Shown here: one piece after another, positions 7,346 to 14,385 of the stretch
Numbering within the stretch: the stretch's first letter is position 1
How the letters are laid out: each line of letters opens with the position of its first letter
Assembly (NCBI GenBank): GCA_001824555.1
Contig: MHXU01000137.1
Span: forward strand, 25,439-49,438
Reading direction: 5' to 3'
DNA: 24,000 nt
Source of the DNA: Planctomycetes bacterium GWC2_45_44
GTDB lineage: Bacteria; Planctomycetota; Phycisphaerae; Sedimentisphaerales; UBA12454
The notes under the pieces: generated by a model
The model's input: only the letters and a program-made list of their open reading frames with translations
Told to the model about the DNA's origin: nothing
Database searches by the model: none
Made by a program: the position numbers and the translations under genes

Positions 7346-7785
7346 TATTTGCTTTTTAACCTTACAATCTCCGCAAGTTTCGTACCGTCCTGATAAACGC
7401 TAACCGTTATCTTTATAAAATTCGGACTGCCATAACTGCTCTGCTGCGGCATATAAACATAAACACAGGAGGCCGTTCTACTTAATGAAGCGTACATTGA
7501 ATCTGTTAAATCTATCCCTGCCGCCGATTTGATATGCCCTTTGGATTCTGTATAGCTGCCGTAACTTGAAACAATCGAGCTAAAATCCGTCGCGATGATT
7601 TGTTCCATCAGGTCAGCGGCGAGCTTGGCGGCAAGCGTCTGATTATACCCCTGCTGCTGCACCGCCGCGCTCGATGCGAACGGCAGGAGCAATCCCGCCA
7701 CCGCTATCGTAAAGACCACAAGCGCAAGCATCGCCTCTGCAAGTGTAAAACCACTATGGCAACCTCTAAAAATACACCTTGTCAT
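7345..7785 (-). CDS. Minor pilin, PilV/GspI-like, prepilin-type N-terminus (start uncertain: ATG 7785 or GTG 7848)
   Basis: The mature end is ...CHSG|FTLAEAMLALVVFTIAVAGLLLPF, PilV-like. The track ORF starts at GTG 7848 and gives an atypical 33-aa leader whose codons 10-28 are a palindromic repeat unit. ATG 7785 gives a normal 12-aa leader (MTRCIFRGCHSG). Neither start has a clear SD. Confidence 0.7.
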   Translation of the reverse strand: MTRCIFRGCHSGFTLAEAMLALVVFTIAVAGLLLPFASSAAVQQQGYNQTLAAKLAADLMEQIIATDFSSIVSSYGSYTESKGHIKSAAGIDLTDSMYASLSRTASCVYVYMPQQSSYGSPNFIKITVSVYQDGTKLAEIVRLKSK

Positions 7786-7819
7786 TGCGAGCGTAGCGAA
7801 GCAATCTCGTTTTTTAGAG
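7764..7819. repeat. Palindromic unit (GTCATTGCGAGCGTAGCGAAGCAATC) nested in a 9-bp inverted repeat, inside the 5' end of the PilV-like ORF
   Basis: CTCTAAAAA (7764-7772) pairs with TTTTTAGAG (7811-7819). These arms enclose GTCATTGC...GCAATC (7781-7806). The termini match the units at 6397-6420 and 17608-17634. Confidence 0.7.
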
Positions 7820-7884
7820 CTACCCTTATATTTTGTAAATTTCTTCACTGATAACCGATAACTGATAACTGCGTTTCTGTTTTT

Positions 7885-7923
7885 AAAAAAAACGGCTGGT
7901 CAGCCCCGAAAGACCGACCAGCC
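7885..7923 (-). terminator. Rho-independent terminator after the major pilin gene
   Basis: The minus strand reads GGCTGGTCggtctttcggggctGACCAGCC followed by TTTTTTTT (plus-strand A-run 7885-7892). The stem is an 8-bp GC-rich stem (7894-7901 with 7916-7923). It lies 42 nt downstream of the pilin stop. Confidence 0.85.
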
Positions 7924-7964
7924 TGTATTGTCTTTTTCGATTCTATCGAAACTTCATCGTCAGA

Positions 7965-8417
7965 TTAGTAAGCAGCGTGGGCAGCCGTGTCGTTGGCGTT
8001 AAACGCGCCGGTAGAGGTATTGAAATACCAGCCCTTGCCATCGATAGTAGGAGCAACCACACCTTCTACTACAGTTGCCGCGTCCGCTCCGGTAACATAC
8101 GGATTCTTCGGTATCGCCTGCAGGTAAGGACCAACAGCTCCTGATGTGCCGACTGCGACTGTCGCACCGGCAATGCTCGTAACGCCGGTTAACGCAGCGG
8201 TGAAATCTGCTGTTCCAGCTCCCGGCAACGCGCCATTGTGCTGAATCTTATAAAGTTGAATCTGCGAACGAACAGTCTGCAGATTGCTTGTAAGACTCGA
8301 CAGGTTGGCCTGTTCGCTGGCATCGCTGAACTGCGGTATGACAATCGCGGCCAGAATGCCCAAAATAACCACGACGATCAAAATTTCGACCAATGTAAAA
8401 CCATTTCTTTTTTTCAT
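7965..8417 (-). CDS. Major pilin/pseudopilin, GspG/PilA-like
   Basis: 150 aa. The N-terminus is MKKRNG|FTLVEILIVVVILGILAAIVIPQF, a canonical prepilin signal. LQTVRSQIQLYKIQHNGALPG resembles the GspG motif ...LDLYKLDNGRYP. AAGGAG lies 8 nt upstream of the ATG. It is the first gene of the locus and is followed by a strong terminator, which is typical for a highly expressed major subunit. Confidence 0.85.
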   Translation of the reverse strand: MKKRNGFTLVEILIVVVILGILAAIVIPQFSDASEQANLSSLTSNLQTVRSQIQLYKIQHNGALPGAGTADFTAALTGVTSIAGATVAVGTSGAVGPYLQAIPKNPYVTGADAATVVEGVVAPTIDGKGWYFNTSTGAFNANDTAAHAAY

Positions 8418-8724
8418 TTTTCTTGCTCCTTATAAGGAATTTACTGTTTTTTTGTCAATTTATTCTAAACTGGTATCGGCTAACCGGTACGCCCGCTTAA
8501 CCCGCACACCACATTGGCAACAAAATCATTTATAAAACCATTTTACGTCCCATAACATAAAGGCGGCATCAACCGCCCTTTTGCGGCGATTGAATATGCC
8601 GGTGAAAGCATAAGAAATGATTTTGGAATATGCAAAAATTGCGCGAACTTTTTCACATTTTTTTTTAACGCCCGATAATACCACGACGACGTAATCAGAG
8701 CCGCGACAGTAATGGAGCGGTCAA

Positions 8725-8797
8725 TTAAACTCTCATCGGCCATCAGGCCGATTCCACAACTTTGTGCCTATGTGCCTTTGCTACTTTGTGCCTTCAC
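8725..8797 (+). repeat. Hairpin-TCCACA-tandem array module (copy M4)
   Basis: The layout is TTAAACTCTC, then ATCGGCC ATCA GGCCGAT (8735-8752), then TCCACA, then actttgtgcctatgtgcctttgctactttgtgccttcac (about 4 degenerate TTTGTGCC units). Confidence 0.8.
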
Positions 8798-8826
8798 AAT
8801 AAAAACCGAATTATTTACTCCTTAAT

Positions 8827-8923
8827 AAAACTTGCAAAAACCACATCAAAAACCATCAAAATCCCCGAAAACCCACGCAATTCGCAGTTAAAATCGTCAA
8901 AACCCGTCAAAAATTTGCAAAAA
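8827..8923. promoter_or_regulatory. Array of helically phased A-tracts (predicted intrinsically curved DNA)
   Basis: A4-A5 runs start at 8827, 8836, 8848, 8858, 8868, 8890, 8899, 8909 and 8919. That is 92 bp over 9 helical turns, about 10.2 bp per turn. The degenerate unit is CAAAAMCCNN. The array lies in the divergent pilin/rny intergenic region. Confidence 0.7.
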
Positions 8924-9091
8924 CTTTCAATTTTTTGCAATTTACTTGCAGACCTTTAATATCTACAAGTGGTTTTTTGATGCTAAATAAGGTTTTTCCG
9001 CAAAATTGCCCTAAAAAAAATGGAAAATTTGCGCAAGTTTTCAAAAAAATTCTTTTTTTATAAACTTATATAAAAATTTTTGACCTTGATT

Positions 9092-9120
9092 TTGCCGATA
9101 AGACAATGTACAGTTAATAT
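9092..9120 (+). promoter_or_regulatory. Candidate sigma70-type promoter (TTGCCG-17-TAATAT) with A/T-rich upstream element
   Basis: The -35 is TTGCCG (9092-9097), the spacer is 17 nt, and the -10 is TAATAT (9115-9120). It is preceded by aaaaaaattctttttttataaacttatataaaaattt. It faces rny, about 430 nt upstream of the rny ATG. Confidence 0.4.
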
Positions 9121-9546
9121 GTGGTTTGCGATTTGCCGACTGTGCAGTCCGCAGCGGACGTTCGCAAAGGCAGGGACGAAAGTCCTTTTTAGTGTTGTTA
9201 AAGTTACAAAAACACTGTGAGCCGGCTTCTCGGCGTTAGAGGTTTCTCAAGTCGAGAGGTTTTGTGAGTTAAAAGGCAACATCGGTGACTAAGAAAAGTG
9301 AAATCTATCTAAAAAACTATGAATTTGGAAGCAGTGAAACTCAAAAAATCAAAAATATCAGAGCCGGGCATATTGTCTGCGGGGGTTCGTAAGAAACCTA
9401 TCTAAACAGGGAAAACCTGAAAATCTGAATTTTTGAAATGGATTTCAACTTTTTTCATCTCTTGTAACTTTTCACCTCTGCCTTGCGCTGTCTGTTTTCG
9501 CAAATCAATTCTTGATAGTAGACAACGTATAGGAAAGGTTTGAAAA

Positions 9547-11127
9547 ATGGATATTTTAGCTTTAACCGGCAATGCCGCCATTGCCGGAATCGTCATCGGG
9601 GGGATTGTTTTGGGTGTAGTACTGGCATTTGTTGCCGGTAAAATTATCGCAACAATAAAGACAACCAATCTCAAAAAAGACCTGCAAAAACAAATCGAAG
9701 AGGCAAAACAGCAGGCGGAAAATATCATCAGGGCTGCCAATCTTGACGCAACCGCTGAAACACTGAAAAAAAGAGAGATATTTACCGCGGAAGCCAACCA
9801 GGCAAAGGCTGAAATTCGCGAAGCGGAAAGAAGATTAACCAAACACGAAGACGCTATCGAAAGACAAAACGACCAAATCGCCCAGCGTGAAAAACACCTT
9901 CAGCAGACCGAGCAGAACTTAAAAAATCGTGTCAGCCAGCTTGACGAACGCGAAAAAGAAATCGGCGTTACAATCGCTCAACAGAAAAACCAGCTCCTCA
10001 AAATTACCGCGATGAACGCCGAGGAAGCCCGACAACTGCTGCTCAAAAAGCTCGAAGACGAATGTGAGCAGGAAATGAGCGTAATTATCCAGCGTAAAAC
10101 CGAAGAAATGCTGGAAGCGGCTGAAGACAAGGGCAGAGAAATTATCAGCTCGGCCATTCAGCGATACGCCGCCGACCAGACCTGCGAAGTAACCGTCTCG
10201 ACAATCGACATTCCAAGCGACGATATGAAAGGCAGAATCATCGGCAGAGAGGGCAGAAACATTCGAGCGTTTGAAAAAGCGACCGGCGTTGATGTCGTCG
10301 TCGATGACACGCCCGGCGTTATCGTAATCAGCGGGTTCAACCCCGTAAGAAGAGAAGTCGCCAGACTTTCGATGGAAAGGCTCATTCAGGACGGCAGAAT
10401 TCATCCGAGCAGAATCGAAGAACTCGTCGCGCAGACCAAAAAAGACGTAATTCAGAAAATTATGCAGGTCGGCAAAGAAGCCACGGTCGAGGTGGACGTT
10501 CGCGGCCTTAACAATAAAATTATTATGGAAATCGGAACGCTCAATTATAGAACGAGCTATGGCCAAAACGTCCTGCGGCACAGCGTAGAAGTCGCATTTC
10601 TGGCGCAGGTGATGGCAGACGAGCTTGGGTTAGACGGCTCAATCGCCAGAAGAGCAGGCCTGCTGCACGATATCGGCAAGGCGATGGACCACGAAATCGA
10701 AGGCGGCCACCCTGCAATCGGCGCAAACTTCCTCAAGAGATACAACGAGTCGCCGATAATCCTTAACGCAGTCGAAGCACACCACGGCGACATAGCGGCG
10801 GATAACCCATATTCACCTTTAATAGCCGCCGCTGACGCAATCAGCGCATCACGGCCGGGCGCAAGAAGAGAAACGCTCGAACGCTATATCAAGCGGCTCG
10901 AAAAACTCGAAGAAATCGCCAACACGTTCAAAGGCGTTGAAAGCTGCTACGCGATTCAGGCGGGCAGAGAAATTCGCGTTATCGTCAACGCCAATAATGT
11001 TGACGATGAAAACGCCAACAAGACGGCAAGAGACATCGCCAAGAAGATAGAAGAAGAAATGACCTATCCGGGCGAAATCAAGGTTACGCTGCTGCGTGAA
11101 GTTCGCTGTGTCGAATACGCAAGATAG
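9547..11127 (+). CDS. rny: Ribonuclease Y
   Basis: 526 aa. It has an N-terminal TM helix ([21 protein letters not shown]) and a long coiled coil. A KH domain follows ([33 protein letters not shown]). An HD domain follows that ([20 protein letters not shown]...[10 protein letters not shown]...AVEAHHGD). The RBS is AGGAAAGG. Confidence 0.95.
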   Translation: MDILALTGNAAIAGIVIGGIVLGVVLAFVAGKIIATIKTTNLKKDLQKQIEEAKQQAENIIRAANLDATAETLKKREIFTAEANQAKAEIREAERRLTKHEDAIERQNDQIAQREKHLQQTEQNLKNRVSQLDEREKEIGVTIAQQKNQLLKITAMNAEEARQLLLKKLEDECEQEMSVIIQRKTEEMLEAAEDKGREIISSAIQRYAADQTCEVTVSTIDIPSDDMKGRIIGREGRNIRAFEKATGVDVVVDDTPGVIVISGFNPVRREVARLSMERLIQDGRIHPSRIEELVAQTKKDVIQKIMQVGKEATVEVDVRGLNNKIIMEIGTLNYRTSYGQNVLRHSVEVAFLAQVMADELGLDGSIARRAGLLHDIGKAMDHEIEGGHPAIGANFLKRYNESPIILNAVEAHHGDIAADNPYSPLIAAADAISASRPGARRETLERYIKRLEKLEEIANTFKGVESCYAIQAGREIRVIVNANNVDDENANKTARDIAKKIEEEMTYPGEIKVTLLREVRCVEYAR

Positions 11128-11149
11128 CAGCCACAGGACACAGAAAAAA

Positions 11150-12001
11150 ATGAAATTGAATATCTTATGTATCGGCGATGTGGTCGGCAGACCCGGCAAA
11201 CGGATTATCGCGGATAATCTGCACTCGATTATCAGGGATAACGAAATCGACTGCGTTATTGCAAACGCCGAGAACGCCGCAGGCGGCAGCGGTCTTACGC
11301 CGCAGATTTATCACAAACTAATCAAATATGGCGTTAATCTTATCAGCCTCGGCGACCACGTCTTCAAAAAGAAAGATATTATTTCGGTTCTCGAGAGCAA
11401 TGACAATATCGCCAGGCCGGCAAATCTTTCGGCTTACGCGGCTGGCAGAGGTTTTGCGATGTATAAAACCGCCAAAGGCGCGACTGTCGCGGTTGTGCCG
11501 CTAATCGGCAGAATTTTTATGAAACCGGCAGACAGCCCCTACGACTGCATTGACTCGATGCTCGGCAAACTCAAAAATCAGGCGGATATTATCATCGTCG
11601 ATATGCACGCAGAAGCCACCAGCGAAAAAGTTTCGATGGGTTATTATTTAGACGGCAGAGTTTCGTGCGTATTCGGGACGCACACGCACATCGCCACCGC
11701 GGACGAAAAAATCCTGCCGAAAGGCACAGCTTATATAACAGATGTCGGAATGACCGGAGCGCATTATTCGGTGCTCGGCAGAAAAATCGAATCGGTTTTG
11801 AAAAATTTCAGAACGCAGATGCCCTGCCCGTTTGAAATCGCGACGGAAGATGTCAGGCTCAACGGCATTATAGTTACCATCGACGACGGCACAAAAAAGG
11901 CCGAGAAAATCAGCCGATTTGAATTTAAAGGCATAGCCGGCGACAGCGCGAATTACGACAGCGACGACGGCAAACCCGAATACGCAAACGGATTCGAATA
12001 A
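11150..12001 (+). CDS. ymdB: YmdB-family metallophosphoesterase (2',3'-cyclic-nucleotide 2'-phosphodiesterase-like)
   Basis: It starts MKLNILCIGDVVGRPG and contains ANAENAAGGSGLT...GDH...DMHAEATSEK...GTHTHIATADEKIL, the signature of the TIGR00282/YmdB family. It lies directly downstream of rny, as in Bacillus. I chose the ATG at 11150 because the track start at 11096 overlaps the end of rny. Confidence 0.9.
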   Translation: MKLNILCIGDVVGRPGKRIIADNLHSIIRDNEIDCVIANAENAAGGSGLTPQIYHKLIKYGVNLISLGDHVFKKKDIISVLESNDNIARPANLSAYAAGRGFAMYKTAKGATVAVVPLIGRIFMKPADSPYDCIDSMLGKLKNQADIIIVDMHAEATSEKVSMGYYLDGRVSCVFGTHTHIATADEKILPKGTAYITDVGMTGAHYSVLGRKIESVLKNFRTQMPCPFEIATEDVRLNGIIVTIDDGTKKAEKISRFEFKGIAGDSANYDSDDGKPEYANGFE

Positions 12002-12003
12002 CT

Positions 12004-12143
12004 CTAAATCAAATATCAAAATGTAAAAATCAAAATGACAAATCAAAAATAAAAAATAGTCTGCCGCCCGTCGAGAGCCTCTGGGTCGAACGAAAGGCAA
12101 TCCATAATTTTGATATTTAATTTTTGATTTTTGATATATTTTG
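12004..12143 (+). repeat. Low-complexity palindrome with GC core and ATCCATA motif (module copy M7, two-armed)
   Basis: The left arm is ctaaatcaaatatcaaaatgtaaaaatcaaaatgacaaatcaaaaataaaaaat. The core is agtCTGCCgcccgtcgagagcctctgggtcgaacgaaaGGCAatccata. The right arm is attttgatatttaatttttgatttttgatatatttt. It lies between ymdB and xseA. Confidence 0.65.
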
Positions 12144-12148
12144 AAACT

Positions 12149-13393
12149 ATGGAACAAAGTTTATTTGACAAGCCAAACAGCAACAAAAAGACTGATATCT
12201 TAACCATCAGCCAGATTACGTTTATTATCAAGACGGCTTTGGAAAACACCCTGCCCGGCAAAATCACCATAACAGGCCAGATAAGCGGTTTTAAGCAGCA
12301 TTCGAGCGGGCATTGCTACTTCGACCTCAAAGACGCAAACGCCGTTCTGCCGTGCGTGATGTGGAAGAGCGATTTTGCCAAACTCAAATTCAAACCTGAA
12401 AACGGTCTTGCGATTGTCTCGACCGGCCATATTGACGTTTATCCGCCGCAGGGGAAATACCAGTTTTACGCTGATTCGATGAGTCCTGCCGGCGTGGGAG
12501 CTTTGCAGCTCGCGTTTGAGCAGTTGAAAAATAAACTCGCCGCCGAGGGTCTTTTCGACGACGAGCATAAAAAACCGCTGCCTGATTATCCATTTAGAAT
12601 CGGCATACTCACGAGCAAGTCCGGCGCCGCGCTGCACGATATAACCGACAGTATTTTCAACCGCTGGCCTGTCGCGGAATTGTTTTTTTATGACGTGCCT
12701 GTTCAGGGCGATGGGGCTGCCGAGAAAATCGCCGCAGCAATCAAAGATGTCAACAAACGCAACAGCAAATTAAATTTAGACGTTATTATCGTCGGCAGAG
12801 GCGGCGGGTCGATGGAAGATTTATGGGCGTTCAACGAGGAAGCCGTCGCAAGAGCGATATTCAATTCCAAAATTCCGGTCATCAGCGCGGTCGGCCACGA
12901 AGTTGATTTTACGATTGCCGATTTTGTCGCCGATGCCCGCGCATCAACACCGACGAAGGCCGGCGTAATTGCCGTGCCGGATATTAAAGAGGTTTTGGCG
13001 GCACTCGAATCGGCGGACAGAAGAATCAAAACCAACGCAATTTCGCTTTTTGAATTGTGCGGGCAGCGACTGAAAACAATTCTTGCCGCGGCGATGTTCC
13101 GTAACCCCCTGCTGATTGTTCAAAATAGAGAGCAGTTGCTCGATGGTATTGAAAATAATTTAGCTCAAAAGGCCGACAGATTTTTTGCCGGCATCAAACT
13201 GCGTATTGAGACGCTGGGGGCAAAACTTACCGCCTGCAATCCGAAAAGCGTTCTGAATCGTGGCTACTCCATTACAAAAAACGCCGCCACCGGCGAAATT
13301 ATTAAAAACATTGAAGAAATCAATATAAATGATACTATAATAACCGAACTTAAAGACGAAAAACGAATCGAAAGCAGGATAACAGGAAAATAG
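12149..13393 (+). CDS. xseA: Exodeoxyribonuclease VII large subunit
   Basis: It has an OB-fold N-terminus (ISQITFIIKTALENTLPGKITITGQISGFKQHSSGHCYFDLKDANAVLPCVMWKS). The catalytic core contains IGILTSKSGAALHDI...VIIVGRGGGSMEDLWAFNEE...PVISAVGHEVDFTIADFVADARASTPT. I preferred ATG 12149 over the TTG at 12131. Confidence 0.93.
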   Translation: MEQSLFDKPNSNKKTDILTISQITFIIKTALENTLPGKITITGQISGFKQHSSGHCYFDLKDANAVLPCVMWKSDFAKLKFKPENGLAIVSTGHIDVYPPQGKYQFYADSMSPAGVGALQLAFEQLKNKLAAEGLFDDEHKKPLPDYPFRIGILTSKSGAALHDITDSIFNRWPVAELFFYDVPVQGDGAAEKIAAAIKDVNKRNSKLNLDVIIVGRGGGSMEDLWAFNEEAVARAIFNSKIPVISAVGHEVDFTIADFVADARASTPTKAGVIAVPDIKEVLAALESADRRIKTNAISLFELCGQRLKTILAAAMFRNPLLIVQNREQLLDGIENNLAQKADRFFAGIKLRIETLGAKLTACNPKSVLNRGYSITKNAATGEIIKNIEEININDTIITELKDEKRIESRITGK

Positions 13394-13403
13394 AAAGAAA
13401 AGA

Positions 13404-13610
13404 ATGGCCGAAAAAGATATTGACATAAACGGTCTTTCGTTCGAGCAGGCGATTAAGAAGTTGACCGACATAGTCGGCAAAATCGAAAATGGCTCGATTT
13501 CGCTTGAGCAGAGCATCTCGCAATACGAGCAGGGAATGTCACTGATTAAACACTGCCGGGGCATTCTGCAAAAGGCCGAGAAGAAAATCGAAGAAATATC
13601 GAAAAAATAG
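13404..13610 (+). CDS. xseB: Exodeoxyribonuclease VII small subunit
   Basis: 68 aa. LSFEQAIKKLTDIVGKIENGSISLEQSISQYEQGMSLIKHCRGILQKAEKKIE is the canonical XseB helical hairpin. It starts 10 nt after xseA. Confidence 0.93.
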   Translation: MAEKDIDINGLSFEQAIKKLTDIVGKIENGSISLEQSISQYEQGMSLIKHCRGILQKAEKKIEEISKK

Positions 13611-13620
13611 GGGATAGGGT

Positions 13621-13690
13621 ATAAAAAAGTTCTGCCGACAGGCAGTTCCTTAATTTTTATTTTTGATTTTTTATTTTTGATTTTCTTCCG
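13621..13690 (+). terminator. Module copy M6: hairpin-TTCCTTA-T-rich tandem array; probable xseB terminator
   Basis: CTGCC GACA GGCAG (13632-13645) is followed by TTCCTTA, then (TTTTTATTTTTGA)x2 and ttttc. It starts 11 nt after the xseB stop. Confidence 0.55.
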
Positions 13691-13692
13691 AT

Positions 13693-13776
13693 GCGAGCGT
13701 GGCGGAACTGGCAGACGCGCAAGGTTTAGGTCCTTGTGTCCGAAAGGGCTTGTGGGTTCGACTCCCTCCGCTCGCA
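13693..13776 (+). tRNA. tRNA-Leu (anticodon UAG), type II with long variable arm
   Basis: The acceptor stem is GCGAGCG/CGCTCGC with discriminator A. The anticodon stem is CAAGG/CCTTG with loop TTTAGGT, giving anticodon TAG. There is a long variable arm (tgtccgaaagggct) and a T-loop GGGTTCGACTCCC. The T stem has one U-U mismatch. No encoded CCA. Confidence 0.9.
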
Positions 13777-13805
13777 TTGACTTATAAAACAAAATAGCGT
13801 AAAAT
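13777..13805 (+). promoter_or_regulatory. Near-consensus sigma70-type promoter (TTGACT-17-TAAAAT)
   Basis: The -35 is TTGACT (13777-13782), the spacer is 17 nt, and the -10 is TAAAAT (13800-13805). It is about 55 nt upstream of the LysM gene ATG. Confidence 0.5.
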
Positions 13806-13860
13806 GCCGGGTAGAATCCGGAAAACAATCTCGGAACGTTTTTTTTGAAAGAAGCTGAAA

Positions 13861-14346
13861 ATGAAACAATTAGTCTTATTGGCGGTTATCGCAATAGTCG
13901 CTGCCGGAGCAGGATTCGCAGGCGGCATAATGATGGCAAACTCAAAGAACAAAGTAATAATTGCCGATATGCAGGCGAAAATGCAGAAGTCAGAAACAGA
14001 GTCGCAGGAAAGAATTCGCGGCTACGACGCTATTGTAAGTCGCTTAAACGGCGAACTGCAACTGGCGAAAATGGAAATTGAAGCTCTTAAAACCCCAGCC
14101 CCCGCGGCAGAGGAACTACCAATTCCCGCAATAGGGAATGAAAACGCATCCGCCGTATCAGCGGATAGTTCCGTTTCAGGCGATGCAAAATCATATACTA
14201 TACAAAACGGCGACAGCCTTTGGAGCATCGCTCAAAAGCAGCTCGGCAACGGCAGCCGATTTAAGGAAATACTCAAACTGAATCCAAAGATTTCAGCCAA
14301 GGGCAATCTTGTCGTCGGCAGTAAATTGAATATCCCCGCAAAATAA
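13861..14346 (+). CDS. LysM domain-containing membrane-anchored protein
   Basis: 161 aa. It has an N-terminal TM helix (LVLLAVIAIVAAGAGFAGGIMM) and a coiled-coil segment. The C-terminal LysM domain is YTIQNGDSLWSIAQKQLGNGSRFKEILKLNPKISAKGNLVVGSKLNIP. Confidence 0.85.
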   Translation: MKQLVLLAVIAIVAAGAGFAGGIMMANSKNKVIIADMQAKMQKSETESQERIRGYDAIVSRLNGELQLAKMEIEALKTPAPAAEELPIPAIGNENASAVSADSSVSGDAKSYTIQNGDSLWSIAQKQLGNGSRFKEILKLNPKISAKGNLVVGSKLNIPAK

Positions 14347-14385
14347 CCTCGCCGCCTTTGCCGCGGGGATTATTTAAGAGACAGT

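Noticed and set aside
8430-8458. Near-consensus TTGACA-17-TTATAA promoter on the minus strand just upstream of the pilin gene
   Set aside because: The -10 hexamer abuts the GGAG Shine-Dalgarno (8426-8429). A transcript starting 6-8 nt downstream would therefore lack the RBS that this genome clearly uses elsewhere. It may be fortuitous in AT-rich DNA, or it may give a near-leaderless mRNA. It needs TSS mapping and is not reported as a feature.
6450-8758. The recurrent GATTCCACA looks like a degenerate DnaA box (TTATCCACA), and it lies near AT-rich DNA, so a possible oriC
   Set aside because: It matches only 6/9 of the consensus. The motif is always part of the hairpin module, including copies far from the AT-rich region. 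No dnaA/dnaN neighbourhood or clustered consensus boxes are present.
6459-8797. Tandem short repeats and repeated hairpins, considered as a possible CRISPR array
   Set aside because: The units are 7-13 nt, far shorter than CRISPR repeats. There is no repeat-spacer periodicity of 55-75 bp and there are no cas genes.
8543-8959. ORFs 8543..8743 (-) and 8762..8959 (+) in the 1.1-kb gene-free region
   Set aside because: Neither has an RBS or a recognisable motif. The first starts inside the M4 hairpin. The second is a translation of the phased A-tract/low-complexity DNA (KTTSKTIKIPENPRNSQLKSSKPVKNLQK). I treat the region as non-coding.
9161-9190. Resemblance of CGCAAAGGCAGGGACGAAAGUCC to the GGGACGCAAAGCC core of c-di-GMP-I (GEMM-I) riboswitches, which often regulate pili
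   Set aside because: Only a short partial match is present. The second helix, the tetraloop receptor and the GGCAAACC element are missing. It also points toward rny rather than the pilin gene. An Infernal scan with the GEMM-I model would settle it.
9402-10793. Several minus-strand ORFs of 61-220 aa inside rny (9402..9842, 9919..10581, 10158..10385, 10541..10726, 10557..10793)
   Set aside because: They are antisense to a strongly supported RNase Y reading frame. The translations are low-complexity or compositionally odd, with no motifs and no RBS. They are typical shadow ORFs.
13160-13828. 222-aa minus-strand ORF spanning the xseA end, xseB, a repeat module and the tRNA-Leu
   Set aside because: It overlaps two well-supported genes and a tRNA on the other strand. 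Part of its translation comes from T-rich repeat DNA (KKIKNKKSKIKIKE). It is spurious.
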